Source of the DNA: Fistulifera solaris
Lineage: Eukaryota
Length of the DNA: 64,000 nucleotides
Assembly (NCBI GenBank): GCA_030295235.1
Contig: AP026144.1
Span: 248,001-312,000, forward strand
Direction: 5' to 3'
Each line of letters opens with the position of its first letter. Position 1 is the first letter of the stretch. The notes beneath the pieces were generated by a model. That model did not search any database. It was not told the DNA's origin and saw nothing but the letters and a program-made list of their open reading frames with translations. This document shows, in pieces, positions 60,559-64,000 of the stretch. Position numbers and translations under genes: made by a program.

Positions 60559-62590
60559 ATGAAACTCATCACAACTTTATTACACTTTCTGTGGGTGTCA
60601 AGCGTATCTTCCTTTTATTTAAATCCTCGTTACACTCGACAACAAAACACGCAATTACAAGCGACTGTATCATCCAAAACACCCCTGCCCAAATATCCCA
60701 CCGCACGAGGAGATGATGTCGATGCCCGTCGGATTATTGCCACAGGTGCCGGTCGTTTGCATTTAACGGCCGTGCGATTGCATCATATATTGCTCGCGAC
60801 CGAAGAAATGGCAGCGGCGAGTTTACATGAATTGCGGAGTGGATCGGTCTCCTTTGCCGAACTGGCGGAACAAGTCAGTGCTTGCGTGGTCACGCGCCCG
60901 AAACAGGGAGAACTCGGTTGGGTTTCCGTCACCGAAGATCCTTCCAGTAGTAACAGTAGTGCAGAGGATCCACCCGAATCCCCGAATGCTCACTTGGATG
61001 AATTCTTTCCGAGAGAAGCTCGAGAAAAGTTGCTTCTCATTACCACCAAGCCCGGTGATGTCGTTATGGTACCGTCACATTTGGGATATCATTTGGTACA
61101 AGTCGTAGATGTCATGGCTAATGTTCGGAAAATGGCGAGTCAACGCAAGAGGCGAACGAATGGATCCAACCTCTTGGAGGCCCTCCGTCGTGACACGGAT
61201 TTGACCTATAAAATGGAAACAATGGGTTGTCAAATGAACACGGCCGATGCGGAACGCATGGAAGGTCAGTTGCAAGACTTGGGATTGCGACCTTCGGAAG
61301 AAGGACAAAATCCAGATGTCATTGTATTAAATACTTGTTCGATTCGTGATCACGCCGAACAAAAAGTGTATTCGTATTTAGGACCGTACGCGAAACGAAA
61401 ACGAAATGGTGAAGATGTCACCATTGTCGTGGCGGGCTGTGTTGCGCAACAAGAAGGAGAGGCATTGTTGAGAAAAGCACCGGAAATTGATTTAGTCATG
61501 GGACCACAGTATGCGAATCGCATCGGAGACTTGCTCGAGGATGTCGCCAACGGCAATCAGGTGGTCGCTACGGAAGCAACTCACATTATGGAAGACTCCA
61601 CCAAACCGCGTCGCCAGTCATCCGTTGCCGCGTGGGTCAATGTCATTTACGGTTGCAATGAGCGTTGTGCGTTCTGTATTGTTCCAACGACACGAGGCGT
61701 TGAACAATCGCGTCCCGTAGAAAGTATTGTCGCCGAAGTCGAAGAGTTGGTCGCGCAAGGTTTCAAAGAGGTGACACTTTTGGGTCAGAATATTGATGCC
61801 TACGGTCGTGATATGATTCCCAAACGCAAATTTTCGGATTTAATACGAATTGTGGGAGGCATCCCTGGCTTGGAACGCCTTCGGTTTGTGACATCTCATC
61901 CTCGGTACATGTCTTTGGGTGTGGTGGATGCGGTTGCCGAAACTCCCACGGCCTGTGAAAGTTTCCACATTCCCTTTCAAAGCGGATCGAATCGAATTCT
62001 GGCCGCTATGGGGCGCGGTCACACCCGCGAAAAGTATCTTTATATTGTGGAGAGGATTCGATCCGTAAGTTCTCTGTGCGGTGTCGTATTTGCTGCGGTC
62101 TTTTGATGTGAAGACAAATCTCACCGTGTATTCTCTTTCATTGCAGGTAATACCCGACGCATCCATCACAGCAGATGTTATAGTTGGTTTTCCGGGCGAA
62201 ACAGAAGAAGATTTTCAAGAGTCATTGGCACTCATGGAAGAAGTGAGATTCGATAACGTCCACACCGCCGCGTACTCCCCACGACCGAACACACCGGCCG
62301 CCACCATGGAAGATCAAGTTCCGGATCATGTGAAGAAAGATCGTCTCAGTCGAATCAATGACGTGAACAAGCGTATTGCTGTAGAACGCCGAGCGGCATT
62401 GGTGGGTAAGACATTGGAAATTTTGGTAGAGGAGCGCAACATCCGAAATCCAATACAAGTTCTGGGACGAACTCGTCAAGGATTCACTTGCTATATGACT
62501 GGGGATATTGATGAATTACGCGGAAAGACGGTACAAGCGGAAATAACGTCCGCTAAAAACTTTCATCTTGTGGGTAGAATAGTTGTTTGA
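60559..62590 (+). CDS. miaB: Plastid-targeted tRNA ms2i6A methylthiotransferase MiaB fused to an N-terminal parvulin (PpiC) domain
   Basis: Signal peptide ending SS-F; parvulin motifs [43 protein letters not shown]; in-frame intron 62065-62146; [14 protein letters not shown] and TRAM domain. Confidence 0.93.
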
Positions 62591-62782
62591 TAAATGCTCA
62601 GCTTTCTACATTTACGTTGATTGATAATAATTCGAATGAGGGTCTAGAACCCTTTTGCTCTTGCTAGTTTCTGTACAAGTGGTAAGATTTGTTTGTTCAA
62701 AACAATCATGACGTCAAAGCACGTTGAGTACTTGAAGAGAGCTCATCACCAGAGCGAGTGCGTCTCTCTCTCTCTCTCTCTC

Positions 62783-63653
62783 TTACATGGGCAAGTCCCC
62801 ATAGTGCGCCGTCCACAACTGAGGCGTGGGAAGTGCACCCAGCGGCTGTAGCGGATGAGACGTCCCAGCCGCAAAGAACGAAGCCGCTAGAGCGGACGGC
62901 AACGTGACGGATGTCGGATCGTACACTTCTGATTTCGTCGGAGGTCTCGGCGGAGCAGCCAATTGACATAGCGCCGATGCTGCAATGATGTGCTCTCGTC
63001 CTTCCGGGACGGTTTCGGTCGTTTTTTGACGTTTGCGACGAGACGATGTCGGAGATGGCTCGGGGTTCGTATCGAACACGCCAGCTTGTATTATTTTCGG
63101 GTCCAATACTTCATTGAAACCGGTCAGAAGCATTTGCAGTCGACCAACATTTTCTTCTAAACGACGAAACACGTGCTCTCCTTCTTTCAATCGCTTGAGA
63201 ACCTTTTGAGCGTGTGATTTGATTTGCACCAGTGATCTTTGAGGAAGAGAACATGACAGTTTATGTGAGAAAGTGATTGATAAAAACATGAAGGAAACAA
63301 ACGTTTGACGAAAGCATAACAGCTATCGCTAGACAAGGTGACTTACCGATCAGGTAGATAATCACTCATCTTCTTCCATCTAAAAGAGAGAGAAAAAAAG
63401 CATCGTGTCAGTTTCTTCACACTATAACCAGCCAGAATATTCAACAACACTCTTTGTAGACGTACCGTCCCTTGCCATATTTGCGCAAACCATACAAAAA
63501 CAATATCTTTTCATCCAAAGTCCAACGACCGGTACGTTTGGCCACCGTGTTTTGCGCCATCAGAGAAGCCGACAATGCTTCAATGGTAGAAATCGACGTG
63601 TCCTTTTCTATATTCGACAAGGCTAACGCCGAAAACGAATTCGGATTGAACAT
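62783..63653 (-). CDS. SHAQKYF-class single-repeat Myb transcription factor
   Basis: GRWTLDEKILFLYGLRKYGKGR, WKKMSDYLPDR and SLVQIKSHAQK joined over two GT-AG introns (near 63380-63465 and 63237-63346). Confidence 0.9.
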
Positions 63654-64000
63654 GTTGCCGGCGCTAGTTTACTATGAATGAATCGGCGTTTTGAAAAGGA
63701 CGAAATGATGAATGTCAATCTCCCAAAATTGTGAAGTGAATGCTTCTGATTGTGTCCGTCGGAATAGGAATAATTGAAACCACTTTGAACTGCACATGCA
63801 AAGTGATCAACAAAGGTGTTTGTGAGATGGTTTGTTTCTCAAAGCTTCGTTTGCTTACTAGTTGGCGAATCAATATTTGCAGTCGTACCTGGTAGTTTTT
63901 TGATGTATGCGCCTCAATGGCAAGGATACCTTCTACCTTCCTCACCGCGGCCGCCGGGGGTATCTTTCATCTTTCTCTCTCTCTCGTTGGAGGAGAACCC

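Noticed and set aside
62763..62783. (CT)n run at the Myb stop codon
   Set aside because: Ordinary microsatellite.

Overview
Gene-dense eukaryotic DNA with short GT-AG introns, short intergenic spacers and bipartite plastid-targeting presequences. It is most consistent with a pennate diatom genome; a Fistulifera-like assignment is an impression only. About 29 protein-coding loci and one intron-containing tRNA-Pro(UGG) are supported. Recognisable genes include SMC6, COX11, ATP synthase OSCP, PAM16, USB1, VPS72/YL1, DBP3, GCP3, MiaB, an SPX protein, a PILS-type carrier, a class-3 lipase, a formin, two CaMK-like kinases and a SHAQKYF Myb. Many conserved genes carry single-base frameshifts, often in homopolymers, probably from assembly error. 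Most notable observations: (1) a plastid-targeted parvulin-MiaB fusion; (2) a plastid-targeted protein resembling only the FtsZ C-terminal domain; (3) a 320-bp non-coding element with two near-identical hairpin units and terminal inverted repeats; (4) a GHKL-ATPase/CUE/HEXXH (DUF3684-type) gene bracketed by two divergently oriented, degraded paralogues of an LRR-like family; (5) two recurrent intergenic palindrome families, TACC(W)GGTA and TCATGACT-N7-AGTCRTG. All family assignments come from motif recognition by eye; no searches were run.
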